In this document: piece after piece, positions 1-10,213 of the stretch | Numbering within the stretch: position 1 is the stretch's first letter | Layout: the number at the start of each line of letters is the position of its first letter | From: an uncultured bacterium | GTDB taxonomy: Bacteria > CAIJMQ01 | Reading direction: 5' to 3' | Assembly (NCBI GenBank): GCA_964573245.1 | Contig: CAZNJA010000029.1 | Coordinates: forward strand, 1-16,288 | DNA: 16,288 nucleotides | The notes under the pieces: model-generated | What the model saw: the letters and a program-made list of their open reading frames with translations, nothing else | Databases searched by the model: none | Told to the model about the DNA's origin: nothing | Position numbers and translations under genes: made by a program

Positions 1-1
1 T

Positions 2-466
2 ATTAAGGAAAACAAATTCAGGGAAGACCTGTATTGGAGGCTAAATGTCGTAAAAATAGAAGTGCCGCCTTTAAGAGAACGAACAGAAGATATTCCTCTG
101 TTGGTCCATTTTTTTATAAAGCAGTCAAGTAAAGCCAATAGGAAAAAAATCAAAGGTATATCATCAAAGGCGCTTATTCTTTTGCAAAACCATTATTGGC
201 GCGGGAATGTAAGAGAACTGAAAAATACTATTGAATCTATTGTGGTTCTTTCCAATAAGGAAATAATAGGAGTAAAAGAAGTGTCTTCCTATGTAAAAGA
301 GCCTCTTGTTGAGGAAACTATAAACATAAAAGGGACGATGCATCTTGAAGAAATAGAAAAAAAAGTTATAAATCAAGCTCTAAAAAAATCCGGTGGTAAT
401 AAATCCGAGGCTGCTAAAATACTTGGAATTAGCAGGCGAACACTTCATAGAAAATTATCTAATTAA
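2..466 (+). CDS. Sigma-54-dependent transcriptional activator (NtrC/AtoC/ZraR-like), C-terminal part; 5'-truncated by the window edge
   Basis: The frame is open from base 2: IKENKFREDLYWRLNVVKIEVPPLRERTEDI (AAA+ FREDLYYRL and PPLRER motifs), WRGNVRELKN, and a C-terminal Fis-type HTH GNKSEAAKILGISRRTLHRKL. Confidence 0.95.
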   Translation: MKENKFREDLYWRLNVVKIEVPPLRERTEDIPLLVHFFIKQSSKANRKKIKGISSKALILLQNHYWRGNVRELKNTIESIVVLSNKEIIGVKEVSSYVKEPLVEETINIKGTMHLEEIEKKVINQALKKSGGNKSEAAKILGISRRTLHRKLSN

Positions 467-474
467 TATTTTTT

Positions 475-534
475 TGAGTCATAAAATACCCATTTATCAA
501 AATAACCGCAAAAGTAGTGTCAAATAGTCCCATT
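475..534. promoter_or_regulatory. Candidate upstream activator sequences (two related sites) for a sigma-54 activator
   Basis: TGAGTCATAAAATACCCATT (475-494) and AGTGTCAAATAGTCCCATT (516-534) share G.GTCA...CCCATT and imperfect dyad symmetry. They are ~40 bp apart and ~130-190 bp upstream of the -24 element. Confidence 0.5.
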
Positions 535-536
535 AC

Positions 537-636
537 AATAGTTTATAGTTGACAGTTTATTATTTTTGCAAAAGCCGAAATATTGCTGTCAAGAGCAAAT
601 AGCGTCTCATTAACTTGGTTTTTACTATAAACTATT
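537..636. repeat. 13-bp perfect inverted repeat with a 74-nt spacer
   Basis: AATAGTTTATAGT (537-549) is the exact reverse complement of ACTATAAACTATT (624-636). An inner pair is TTGACAG (549-555) / CTGTCAA (586-592). Confidence 0.7.
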
Positions 637-662
637 TATTATAGACTATCTTCTGTTTTGAA

Positions 663-678
663 TGGCATGAACTTTGCA
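663..678 (+). promoter_or_regulatory. Sigma-54 (RpoN) -24/-12 promoter upstream of dnaK
   Basis: TGGCATGAACTTTGCA matches TGGCAC-N5-TTGCW with exact GG-N10-GC spacing. It lies ~50 bp upstream of the dnaK ATG and directly downstream of a sigma-54 activator gene. Confidence 0.8.
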
Positions 679-730
679 TGAATCATGATGACAAATATAT
701 AGTTAAAATATTCTAAAGGAGGTCACATTT

Positions 731-2653
731 ATGTCAAAAGTAATCGGAATAGACCTTGGAACTACAAATTCCTGTATGGCGGTTATGGAAGGCGGAAAGC
801 CGACCGTAATCTCGAATGTTGAAGGCGGAAGAACTACGGCTTCTGTTGTGGCAATTACAAAGTCGGGAGAAAGACTCGTAGGCCCTGCGGCTAAAAGACA
901 GGCAATAATCAATCCCCAGAATACCATTACGTCAATAAAAAGGTTTATGGGAAGAAAGTATAATGAAGTGCCCAAAGAAATCGATATAGTTGGATATAAA
1001 GTAGAAAAAGATTCAGAAGGAAATGCTGTGGCTATTATGAGCGACAAAAAATACAAACCTGCGGAAATTTCTGCGATGATACTGCAGAAACTCAAACAGG
1101 ACGCAGAAAGTTATTTGGGAGAAAAAGTAACTCAAGCAGTAATCACAGTTCCTGCCTATTTTAATGATTCCCAAAGACAAGCCACGAAGGATGCAGGCAA
1201 AATTGCGGGGCTGGAAGTTTTAAGAATAATAAATGAACCCACTGCGGCTTCTTTGGCTTATGGGTTAGATAAAAAGAAAGCAGAAACAATAGTTGTATAT
1301 GACCTTGGAGGAGGAACTTTCGATGTGTCAATTCTCGAAATAGGCGAGGGTGTATTTGAAGTGAAATCTACGAATGGCGATACACATTTGGGAGGAGACA
1401 ATTTCGACCAGAAAATTATGGATTGGCTGGCTGACGAATTCAAAAAGGATAATGCCATAGACCTTCGCAAAGATCCAATGGCATTACAGAGATTAAAAGA
1501 AGCATCGGAAAAAGCTAAATGCGAATTGTCTACTTCTTTGGAAACAGAGATAAACTTGCCGTTTATAACTGCAGATTCTTCAGGTCCGAAACATTTAAGC
1601 ATTAAACTAACACGCTCTCAACTTGAAAAATTAATAGACGACCTTATAGAGAAAACAATTGCTCCATGCAAACGCGCGCTTTCAGACGCAAAATTCAAAC
1701 CTGCAAATATTAATGAAGTTATTCTTGTGGGTGGACAAACAAGAATGCCCAAAGTTCAGCAAGTCGTGAAAAATCTATTCAACAAGGAGCCGCATAAAGG
1801 CGTCAATCCTGACGAAGTTGTTGCAATCGGTGCAGCGATTCAGGCAGGCGTTTTAAAAGGGGAAGTAAAAGATATTCTTCTTTTAGATGTAACACCTCTG
1901 ACTTTTGGGATAGAAACTTTGGGTGGAATAAGGACTGCGCTAATACCGAGAAATACAACTATACCCACAAAAAAGAGTGAAATCTTCACCACAGCAGCGG
2001 ATAACCAAACATCTGTGGAGGTTCATGTTCTTCAGGGCGAAAGGGAGATGGCTTCTGATAATAAAACCATCGGAAGATTCCAACTTATGGGTATACCTCC
2101 TGCATCAAGGGGCATTCCCCAAATAGAAGTAACTTTTGATATAGACGCAAACGGAATATTGAATGTTTCGGCAAAAGACAGGGCAACTGGAAAAGAGCAA
2201 AGCATAAAAATACAAGCATCCGGAGGACTTTCCGAAGAAGAAAAGGAGCGGCTTGTATCCGAAGCGGAAAAACATTCCGAAGAGGATAAGAAGAAAAAAG
2301 AAAAAGTTGAAGCTCGCAATAAAGCAGATACTATTGTCTATCAGTCTGAAAAAATGTTGAAAGATAATAAAGATAAGATAAAACCCGAACAGCAAAAGAA
2401 ATTAGAAGACGCGATAAAACAGGTAAAAGATGCTACTGGTAAAGATGATGATGAGGCAATAAGCAAGGCCACGGAAAATCTAAATCAAACATGGCATGCG
2501 GTTTCGTCTGAACTTTATCAGCAAACTACCGCTCAAGGTCAAAGCGGGACGCAGCAGCAAAACAAACAGTCAAAAGAAGGCACCGGTTCAAAAAACAACG
2601 AAGGAGATGTAATAGATGCCGATTACAAAGTTGAAGATGAAGAGAAGAAATAG
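731..2653 (+). CDS. dnaK: Molecular chaperone DnaK (Hsp70)
   Basis: [50 protein letters not shown] and [15 protein letters not shown] motifs; SD AAGGAGGT upstream. Confidence 0.99.
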   Translation: MSKVIGIDLGTTNSCMAVMEGGKPTVISNVEGGRTTASVVAITKSGERLVGPAAKRQAIINPQNTITSIKRFMGRKYNEVPKEIDIVGYKVEKDSEGNAVAIMSDKKYKPAEISAMILQKLKQDAESYLGEKVTQAVITVPAYFNDSQRQATKDAGKIAGLEVLRIINEPTAASLAYGLDKKKAETIVVYDLGGGTFDVSILEIGEGVFEVKSTNGDTHLGGDNFDQKIMDWLADEFKKDNAIDLRKDPMALQRLKEASEKAKCELSTSLETEINLPFITADSSGPKHLSIKLTRSQLEKLIDDLIEKTIAPCKRALSDAKFKPANINEVILVGGQTRMPKVQQVVKNLFNKEPHKGVNPDEVVAIGAAIQAGVLKGEVKDILLLDVTPLTFGIETLGGIRTALIPRNTTIPTKKSEIFTTAADNQTSVEVHVLQGEREMASDNKTIGRFQLMGIPPASRGIPQIEVTFDIDANGILNVSAKDRATGKEQSIKIQASGGLSEEEKERLVSEAEKHSEEDKKKKEKVEARNKADTIVYQSEKMLKDNKDKIKPEQQKKLEDAIKQVKDATGKDDDEAISKATENLNQTWHAVSSELYQQTTAQGQSGTQQQNKQSKEGTGSKNNEGDVIDADYKVEDEEKK

Positions 2654-2669
2654 GGTGGAGAGCGAATAA

Positions 2670-3179
2670 ATGAGTAAAGCAAAAAAAGGTTTGCTTACTG
2701 CTATCAATGCTATTAAACAAGAAAGAGAAGAGTACCTCGACAAATGGAAAAGAGCGCTTGCAGAACTTGAAAATTATCGCAAAAGATGTGACAAACAACA
2801 GGAAGAAATAAAAAAATTCGCTACAGAGGACATTCTTTATCAGTTATTGGGAATCTTGGATAATTTTGACAGGGCGCTGACGCATATAAACGCTTCCGAT
2901 ACGAACGATGCTATCAGACAAGGTATAGACATGATACACAAAGAGCTGAAAAATCTGTTGGCTCAACACGGGGTTAAACCCATTGACGTTATGGGAAAAG
3001 AATATGACCCTGAGTTCCATGAAGCGTTGGAAATAGTGAATCAAAAAGATAGTAAGGAGGAGAAAAGCAGTAAACATATGGTGGTAGAAGAGGTATTGCC
3101 GGGTTACACTTTACACAACAGACTTCTGCGTCCTGCTAAGGTAAAAATTTCAAATTCTGAAAAAACAAAAGAATCCTAA
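2670..3179 (+). CDS. grpE: Nucleotide exchange factor GrpE
   Basis: RALAELENYRKR, LDNFDRAL, YDPEFHEA and GYTLHNRLLRPAKVKI motifs; 16 bp after dnaK. Confidence 0.97.
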   Translation: MSKAKKGLLTAINAIKQEREEYLDKWKRALAELENYRKRCDKQQEEIKKFATEDILYQLLGILDNFDRALTHINASDTNDAIRQGIDMIHKELKNLLAQHGVKPIDVMGKEYDPEFHEALEIVNQKDSKEEKSSKHMVVEEVLPGYTLHNRLLRPAKVKISNSEKTKES

Positions 3180-3198
3180 ATGTTAAAAGGAGAAAAGG

Positions 3199-4656
3199 AT
3201 GAATAAAGACAAATTTTTATTGGGGAAGCTCTTAATAAGTTTCATAATTCTGTTTTCTTTTTTTACTATTGTAAAATCAGCGGAGTTGGATCCGCTACAT
3301 CAACTTTCCAATGCCTTTTCTTCAATAAGTGAAGATGTTAATCCTTCGGTGGTAAGTGTTGTTTCGACTATGAAAATTAAAGTTCAGCGTCCCGGCCTTT
3401 CTCCTTTTGGAAATGACCCTTTCTTTGATGAGCTTAGACGATTTTTCGGGCCGGATGCCTTTCCTAAATATGATGTGCCGGAAGAAAAGGAATATGAACG
3501 GTCGGGGCTTGGAAGCGGTGTAATCGTAACTGACGATGGATATATACTGACTAATAACCATGTTGTGGCAAATGCCGACAAAATTAAAGTCATTTTGTCT
3601 GATAAAAGAGAATTTGACGCTGAAATAAAAGGTAGAGACCCTGAAACAGATATTGCGGTAATTAAAATCGATGCCAAGGACTTACCGGTGGCAAAACTTG
3701 GTAATTCGGATGAAATAAGAGTAGGGGAATGGGTGCTTGCCATAGGCAATCCTTTTGGCCTTCAACATACGGTCACAAGCGGCATCATATCGGCTGTCGG
3801 AAGAACAAATATGAGAATGACCCAATACGAAGATTTTATTCAGACTGATGCCGCTATCAACCCCGGTAACAGCGGAGGGCCGCTTGTTAATCTTGACGGA
3901 GAAGTTATCGGAATAAATACGTTTATCTTTTCAAGGAGCGGCGGATATATGGGGGCAGGTTTTGCAATCCCGATAAATATGGTACAGAAAGTCATGGAAC
4001 AATTGATTGAAAAAGGAAAGATTACCCGTGGATGGCTTGGAGTAACTATTCAAGACTTAAACGAAGAACTTGCCGAGTCTTTACAATTAAAACAAACAAA
4101 AGGAGTTGTCGTGCGGCAGGTTGAAGTTGATTCGCCCGCGGATAAAGCCGGTATCAACAGCAACGATATAATATTAAAAATTGACGGGAAACCCATAGAA
4201 ACTACTAAACAACTGATGAATATTGTTGCTGGGCTTGTCCCCGATACGGAAATCAAAGTTCTTATCTTAAGAGACGGCAAGGAAATTTCCAAGAAGGTAA
4301 AAATAACAGAAAGAAAATCGCTTCAAGAGATTGCGCAAGAACCCGTCTCTCCCAAAACGCAAGAAACATTGGGAATTGAAGTTGTTGAATTAACAAAAGA
4401 CTTAGCGGAACAATATAAACTTACAAGAGAGCAGGGAGTGATAATTACCAAAGTGATGCCCGATTCGTTGGCCGAACACGCAGACCTTAGAGCAGGAGAT
4501 TTAATTATAAAAATAAATGAACAAGCAATCAAAAATATGGACGACTACAATAAAGCGATTGAAAATATTGCCGACAAAAAAAGTATCGAATTTACTTGCA
4601 TAAGATATGACAGAGGGTATCAGTGGAGATTTACCTCCCGATTGCAATTAAATTAA
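3199..4656 (+). CDS. degP: DegP/DegQ (HtrA, Do-family) periplasmic serine protease with two PDZ domains
   Basis: N-terminal signal peptide; GSGVIV; catalytic triad motifs TNNHVV, DPETDIAV and IQTDAAINPGNSGGPL; PDZ starts RGWLGV and TLGIEV; SD AAAGGAG. Confidence 0.95.
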   Translation: MNKDKFLLGKLLISFIILFSFFTIVKSAELDPLHQLSNAFSSISEDVNPSVVSVVSTMKIKVQRPGLSPFGNDPFFDELRRFFGPDAFPKYDVPEEKEYERSGLGSGVIVTDDGYILTNNHVVANADKIKVILSDKREFDAEIKGRDPETDIAVIKIDAKDLPVAKLGNSDEIRVGEWVLAIGNPFGLQHTVTSGIISAVGRTNMRMTQYEDFIQTDAAINPGNSGGPLVNLDGEVIGINTFIFSRSGGYMGAGFAIPINMVQKVMEQLIEKGKITRGWLGVTIQDLNEELAESLQLKQTKGVVVRQVEVDSPADKAGINSNDIILKIDGKPIETTKQLMNIVAGLVPDTEIKVLILRDGKEISKKVKITERKSLQEIAQEPVSPKTQETLGIEVVELTKDLAEQYKLTREQGVIITKVMPDSLAEHADLRAGDLIIKINEQAIKNMDDYNKAIENIADKKSIEFTCIRYDRGYQWRFTSRLQLN

Positions 4657-4713
4657 CAGAGAAAACATGAAAGGTGTTTGACGAAGTGGGCTTACCGGAT
4701 GGATAAAGCTGCA

Positions 4714-4741
4714 TTGTAAATTTTAAGAATACTGTTATAAT
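4714..4741 (+). promoter_or_regulatory. Sigma-70-type extended -10 promoter for groES-groEL
   Basis: TTGTAA (4714-4719), 16 bp, then TATAAT (4736-4741) preceded by TG-n. Confidence 0.7.
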
Positions 4742-4824
4742 TACGATTTCAAATGCCGGTTTAAATTCATACCAAGTTGGTAAAATATTTGATAAAAAAC
4801 CAAACAAACAAGGAGGTTAAAATT

Positions 4825-5115
4825 ATGCGTATAAAACCGCTTAATGACAGGATACTCGTAAAGAGACTGGAAGCCGAAGAAAGAACAAAAGGCGGAATAG
4901 TTCTGCCTGAAACGGCTAAGGAAAAACCAAAAGAAGGAGAAGTAATCGCCGTGGGTCCGGGAAGACTATTGGATAGCGGCAAGAGACAAGCCCTTGAGCT
5001 TAAAAAGGGTGATAAAATAATTTTTGAATCTTACGCAGGAACGGAAATCAAAATGGACGGAAAAGAATATCTTCTCATGAAGGAAGACGATGTTTTAGGA
5101 ATCATTGAAAAGTAA
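4825..5115 (+). CDS. groES: Co-chaperonin GroES (start moved to ATG 4825)
   Basis: [27 protein letters not shown] and GEVIAVGPG motifs. SD AAGGAGG lies just upstream of ATG 4825, not of the ORF-track start at 4777. Confidence 0.98.
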   Translation: MRIKPLNDRILVKRLEAEERTKGGIVLPETAKEKPKEGEVIAVGPGRLLDSGKRQALELKKGDKIIFESYAGTEIKMDGKEYLLMKEDDVLGIIEK

Positions 5116-5142
5116 AAAATTAAATTAAAAGGAGGTAGATGA

Positions 5143-6789
<1,647 letters not shown>

Positions 6790-6820
6790 TAAAAACATCT
6801 CAAACAGCACCAGAAAGGAA

Positions 6821-6858
6821 CAGCCCCAACCTAACTTAAGGTTGGGGCTGCTTCTTTT
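6821..6858 (+). terminator. Rho-independent terminator after groEL
   Basis: 12-bp perfect stem CAGCCCCAACCT / AGGTTGGGGCTG with a 6-nt loop, followed by CTTCTTTT. Confidence 0.88.
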
Positions 6859-6875
6859 AAATAATAATTCCATTT

Positions 6876-6884
6876 TGTTATAAT
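6876..6884 (+). promoter_or_regulatory. Extended -10 promoter (TGnTATAAT), probably giving a leaderless mRNA for the GlmU-like gene
   Basis: TGTTATAAT ends 6 nt before ATG 6891; no SD; it lies just downstream of the groEL terminator. Confidence 0.7.
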
Positions 6885-6890
6885 CCAAAC

Positions 6891-8228
6891 ATGAAATTCA
6901 AAAACAATATCAATTCATTAATTAAAAAGTATTCAGTCAAGTTCAATTACAAAATCCCCAGGATATCCATAATACTTGCCGCAGGACACGGCAAAAGAAT
7001 CAAATCTTCCACTTCTAAAGCTTTATACCAATTATGGGGTGCTCCAAGCGTTATAAGAGTGTCTGAAGCGGCAAAAAAAAGCATTGCAAGCTCCAACCAG
7101 ATAATAGTAGTTGGAATAAAAGCGGAAGAAGTAATACAGGCCGTCGGCAAAAGAAAAAATACACTCTTTGCCTATCAAAAACAGCAAAAAGGCACCGGAG
7201 ATGCCGTAAAGATCGCCCTAGGAACGATAGATAAGAAATTCAACGGCGATGTTTACATATTTCCCGCAGACGCGGGATTGATAACCGAAAATATAATAAA
7301 AGATTTCAGAACACAGTTCGAAAAATCCCGTTGCGATATGATGATGCTTACGGGAAAATACGAGGGAGAAACCACAAAAAACCATTACGGCAGAGTCATC
7401 AAAGAGAAAAAAGCAAATGAAGTTATAGAAATAAAAGAGTATAAGGACATTGAAGCATTAAACGATATGTACAAAATTGTGCACAAAGGCAAGGCATTGT
7501 CTTTTACAAAAAACGAACTGCTTCAAATCAGGGAATTCAATTCGAGCATTTATGCGGTAAAAACTGCACCGCTTAAAAAGAATGTCCATGATTTAAAATC
7601 CGCCAATATCCAAAAAGAATATTATTTTACCGACATGGTAAAGGTTTTTAACAAGCGGGGACTAAAAGTAGGTTCGCAGACAATAGAAGATTCGGCTTCT
7701 TTAATGGGATTTAATGATAGAATAACGCTTAAGAAAATGGAAAATATCGCCCGCCAAAGAGTATACGAGCAACTAAAGGGGATAGTAAGCTTTCATGACT
7801 GTGAAGACTTTTTTATATCCGAAGATGTTGCAAAGCACATTTTGGAAATGGATAAGAAAGGCATTTTGGTAGATTTAAATATGGGAAAGGGCGCTTATCT
7901 AGGTAAAGGAGTGATTCTTGGTAAAAACGTGAAGATCGGCAAAAATTCTTATTTAAACGGCAATGTAATAATTCAAGAGGGTGTACATATCGGAGAAAAC
8001 GTAAAAATCATAGGCAATAAAAAATATCCGGTCAAAATAGGCAAAGGTGTAAATATAAACGGAATAAGTTATATAGTCGGATGTATTATTGAAAACGGTG
8101 TTTCTATTGAACATTGTATTCTGATAAAAAAGCACATCCAGAGAAAATTATCCAAAGACGGAAAAATCAAACCATTGCGATATATTTTCCCAAAAGCAGA
8201 GGGAACAGAGTGTCTAAAGAAAATATAA
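6891..8228 (+). CDS. GlmU-like sugar-phosphate nucleotidyltransferase with a short left-handed beta-helix domain
   Basis: IILAAGHGKRIKSSTSK, QQKGTGDAV, YGRV, EFNSSIY, NIQKEYYFTD and GFND align with GlmU uridyltransferase motifs. Hexapeptide repeats follow (LGKGVILGKNVKIGKNSY...). No recognisable acetyltransferase motifs. Confidence 0.85.
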   Translation: MKFKNNINSLIKKYSVKFNYKIPRISIILAAGHGKRIKSSTSKALYQLWGAPSVIRVSEAAKKSIASSNQIIVVGIKAEEVIQAVGKRKNTLFAYQKQQKGTGDAVKIALGTIDKKFNGDVYIFPADAGLITENIIKDFRTQFEKSRCDMMMLTGKYEGETTKNHYGRVIKEKKANEVIEIKEYKDIEALNDMYKIVHKGKALSFTKNELLQIREFNSSIYAVKTAPLKKNVHDLKSANIQKEYYFTDMVKVFNKRGLKVGSQTIEDSASLMGFNDRITLKKMENIARQRVYEQLKGIVSFHDCEDFFISEDVAKHILEMDKKGILVDLNMGKGAYLGKGVILGKNVKIGKNSYLNGNVIIQEGVHIGENVKIIGNKKYPVKIGKGVNINGISYIVGCIIENGVSIEHCILIKKHIQRKLSKDGKIKPLRYIFPKAEGTECLKKI

Positions 8229-8230
8229 CA

Positions 8231-8271
8231 GGTTATCACCCGCCTACTTATGAAACGGGCAGGATTTTAGC
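8231..8271. repeat. Degenerate REP-like palindromic element related to 16157-16205 (inverted)
   Basis: GGTTATCACCCGCCTACTTATGAAACGGGCAGGATTTTAGC versus the reverse complement of 16157-16205, GGTTATCCCCGCCTGCCGATTTTTGCGGGCAGGGGTTTTCGC. Confidence 0.6.
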
Positions 8272-8343
8272 TGGTCGGTTATCGCAAGAAAATAAATCTT
8301 TTCCGAAAACCGCAAACCCAACACCGAACACCGTTATTATTCT

Positions 8344-9810
8344 ATGAATAATCTAATCATTTCTTTGTCGGGAATAAGGGGCATAATAGGCAAATCTTTT
8401 GGCGAAAAGGAAGTTTATAAAGCAACATCCCTTTTTTTAGAAATATACTCTAAAAAGCAAAAAACGCATCCAAAAATCATAATCGGTAGAGATATAAAAC
8501 CAAGCGGTGAAACATTTCTCCAAACTGTCGCAAGCGCACTTTATAAAAACAAAATAGAATCTATCATCAATTTGGGTATTGTCACCCTGCCGATTATGGA
8601 ATGGGCGGTCAAATATTTCAAAGCAGACGGCGGCATATTCATAACAGCAAGCCACAATCCTATCGAATATAACGGTGTAAAATTTATATCTTCCTCGGAG
8701 GATAATGCAAGTATTCTTTCCGCTTCTTTTATGCAGAAGATAAAAGATAGGTGGGACGAAGAACAGATAGACAAAATAACTGCTACGGAACTTCCCGAAG
8801 AGAAATCCTGTCTCAACGAATACAATGCGGATGTAATAGAAAAGGTTAAAAAAGTCATAGATACATGCGCTGAACAAATGGGCAGGGGTGAAGAAATTTT
8901 CTCCAGACTAAAAGAAAAGCCGCCGAAAGTCGCGCTGGATGCCTGTTCCGGAGATGGGCTGAAAATCCCGCAAAGTTTCCTTTTATTTCTCGGAATAAAA
9001 GAAGAAAATATTTATCCTGTAAACGCTGAAGCGCTTTCGCAGTGCAAAAGACGCTTAGAGCCCTCGCCGGAATATCTTGAACAACTGAAGGAAACCATAC
9101 AAGAATATAACTTAGATATAGGATTTGCGTTGGACCCTGACCAGGACCGTTTAGTAATAATGCCGCTTGCAAGCGAGGAACTCACTCCGGTTTTATGCGC
9201 GAAATTCCTATTGGAACTGCAGAAAAACTCTTCAAATAAACACATAAAACAAATTCCGATAAATCTTTCCACCTCGTCGTTATGGGACGAATTGGCAAAA
9301 GAATATTCAGTGGAAATAATCAGAACCGGAGTAGGGGAGTTCAACGTCATAGAAGCAATGAAACAAAACACACTCCCGCTTGGAGCGGAGGGTAACGGCG
9401 GGATTATATTAAAAGACATAAATTTTGGAAGAAACTCTACAGTTGGAATGGTGTTAATACTGGCGTATATGGTTTACACCGGACAATCTATACAAAAAAT
9501 AGAAAGCCGATTGCCGAAATATTTTATGATAAAAGACAAAATAACCATTTCCATCAAGCAGGAAAAGATAAAAGAATCTCTAAACGAAAGAGTAAATATT
9601 TTTGCAAATCAGAACCTAGAAAATATAGAATCAATCAATAAAAAGGATGGTTATAAAATTATTTTTAAGGACGGTTCATGGGTTCATATCAGAACTTCCA
9701 ACACCGAACCGATAATTCGTCTGATAGCGGAGTCAAAACATGAAGAAAAAGCAAAAAAGCTCATATCGCAATTCAAATCCATAGTATTTACAAAAGAGGA
9801 AAAATTATGA
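8344..9810 (+). CDS. Alpha-D-phosphohexomutase (phosphoglucosamine mutase GlmM / phosphomannomutase family)
   Basis: SLSGIRG, catalytic TASHNP, metal loop DPDQDR, sugar loop GAEGNGG and phosphate loop RTSNTEPIIR. Context next to a GlmU-like gene favours GlmM, but substrate is not established. Confidence 0.92.
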   Translation: MNNLIISLSGIRGIIGKSFGEKEVYKATSLFLEIYSKKQKTHPKIIIGRDIKPSGETFLQTVASALYKNKIESIINLGIVTLPIMEWAVKYFKADGGIFITASHNPIEYNGVKFISSSEDNASILSASFMQKIKDRWDEEQIDKITATELPEEKSCLNEYNADVIEKVKKVIDTCAEQMGRGEEIFSRLKEKPPKVALDACSGDGLKIPQSFLLFLGIKEENIYPVNAEALSQCKRRLEPSPEYLEQLKETIQEYNLDIGFALDPDQDRLVIMPLASEELTPVLCAKFLLELQKNSSNKHIKQIPINLSTSSLWDELAKEYSVEIIRTGVGEFNVIEAMKQNTLPLGAEGNGGIILKDINFGRNSTVGMVLILAYMVYTGQSIQKIESRLPKYFMIKDKITISIKQEKIKESLNERVNIFANQNLENIESINKKDGYKIIFKDGSWVHIRTSNTEPIIRLIAESKHEEKAKKLISQFKSIVFTKEEKL

Positions 9811-10156
9811 AAAGAAATATAGTGTTGTTTATGGCAATCTTTCTTTTTGTACTTTGTAGAATGTGCAAGTATTGCTGAAAATACATATATAGAAATCGAA
9901 ATTAAAGAAATTTTTTCAGAACTAATAGTTCATGATATAGGCAACAGAGTATATTCTGGGCAAATCAAGTCTAAAGAGGGACTGGAAGAATTTTCTCGAC
10001 AATATTCACTAGATATGAATTTAGATAATATTGATTTTAAATCAAAGATGCTAATCTTCGGAATAACGGATAATATCTCAACTAGACAGAATTGAGGGAA
10101 TTTTACATGTTAGAGTAAAAAATTTAGTACAAGGACTCTCCAAGGTTTATGAATAA
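9807..10156 (+). pseudogene. Probable frameshifted gene for a secreted protein or lipoprotein
   Basis: ATG 9807 overlaps the mutase stop (ATGA) with SD GAGGA and encodes signal-like MKRNIVLFMAIFLF, then stops early. The body continues in another frame (LYFVECASIAEN..., to 10095). A third frame (10091-10156, IEGILHVRVKNLVQGLSKVYE*) looks like the C-terminus. Confidence 0.6.
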
Positions 10157-10213
10157 AATGTCACTACAATAACTCTAGATAAAATGTTTACGTTTTTATT
10201 TTATATTTTTGAT

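Noticed and set aside
467-730. CIRCE/HrcA operator or sigma-70 promoter using TTGACA (549-554) upstream of dnaK
   Set aside because: No TTAGCACTC-N9-GAGTGCTAA is present, and TTGACA has no -10 box at 16-18 bp.
4657-4713. Weak hairpins after degP considered as a terminator, riboswitch or hammerhead
   Set aside because: Short AT/GU-rich stems, no U-tract and no complete ribozyme or aptamer core.
4777-4824. 16-aa N-terminal extension of GroES in the ORF track
   Set aside because: The SD sits before ATG 4825, and GroES homology begins there.
8114-8347. 77-aa plus-strand ORF bridging the GlmU-like and mutase genes
   Set aside because: Overlaps the upstream CDS out of frame, runs through a repeat element and has no motif.
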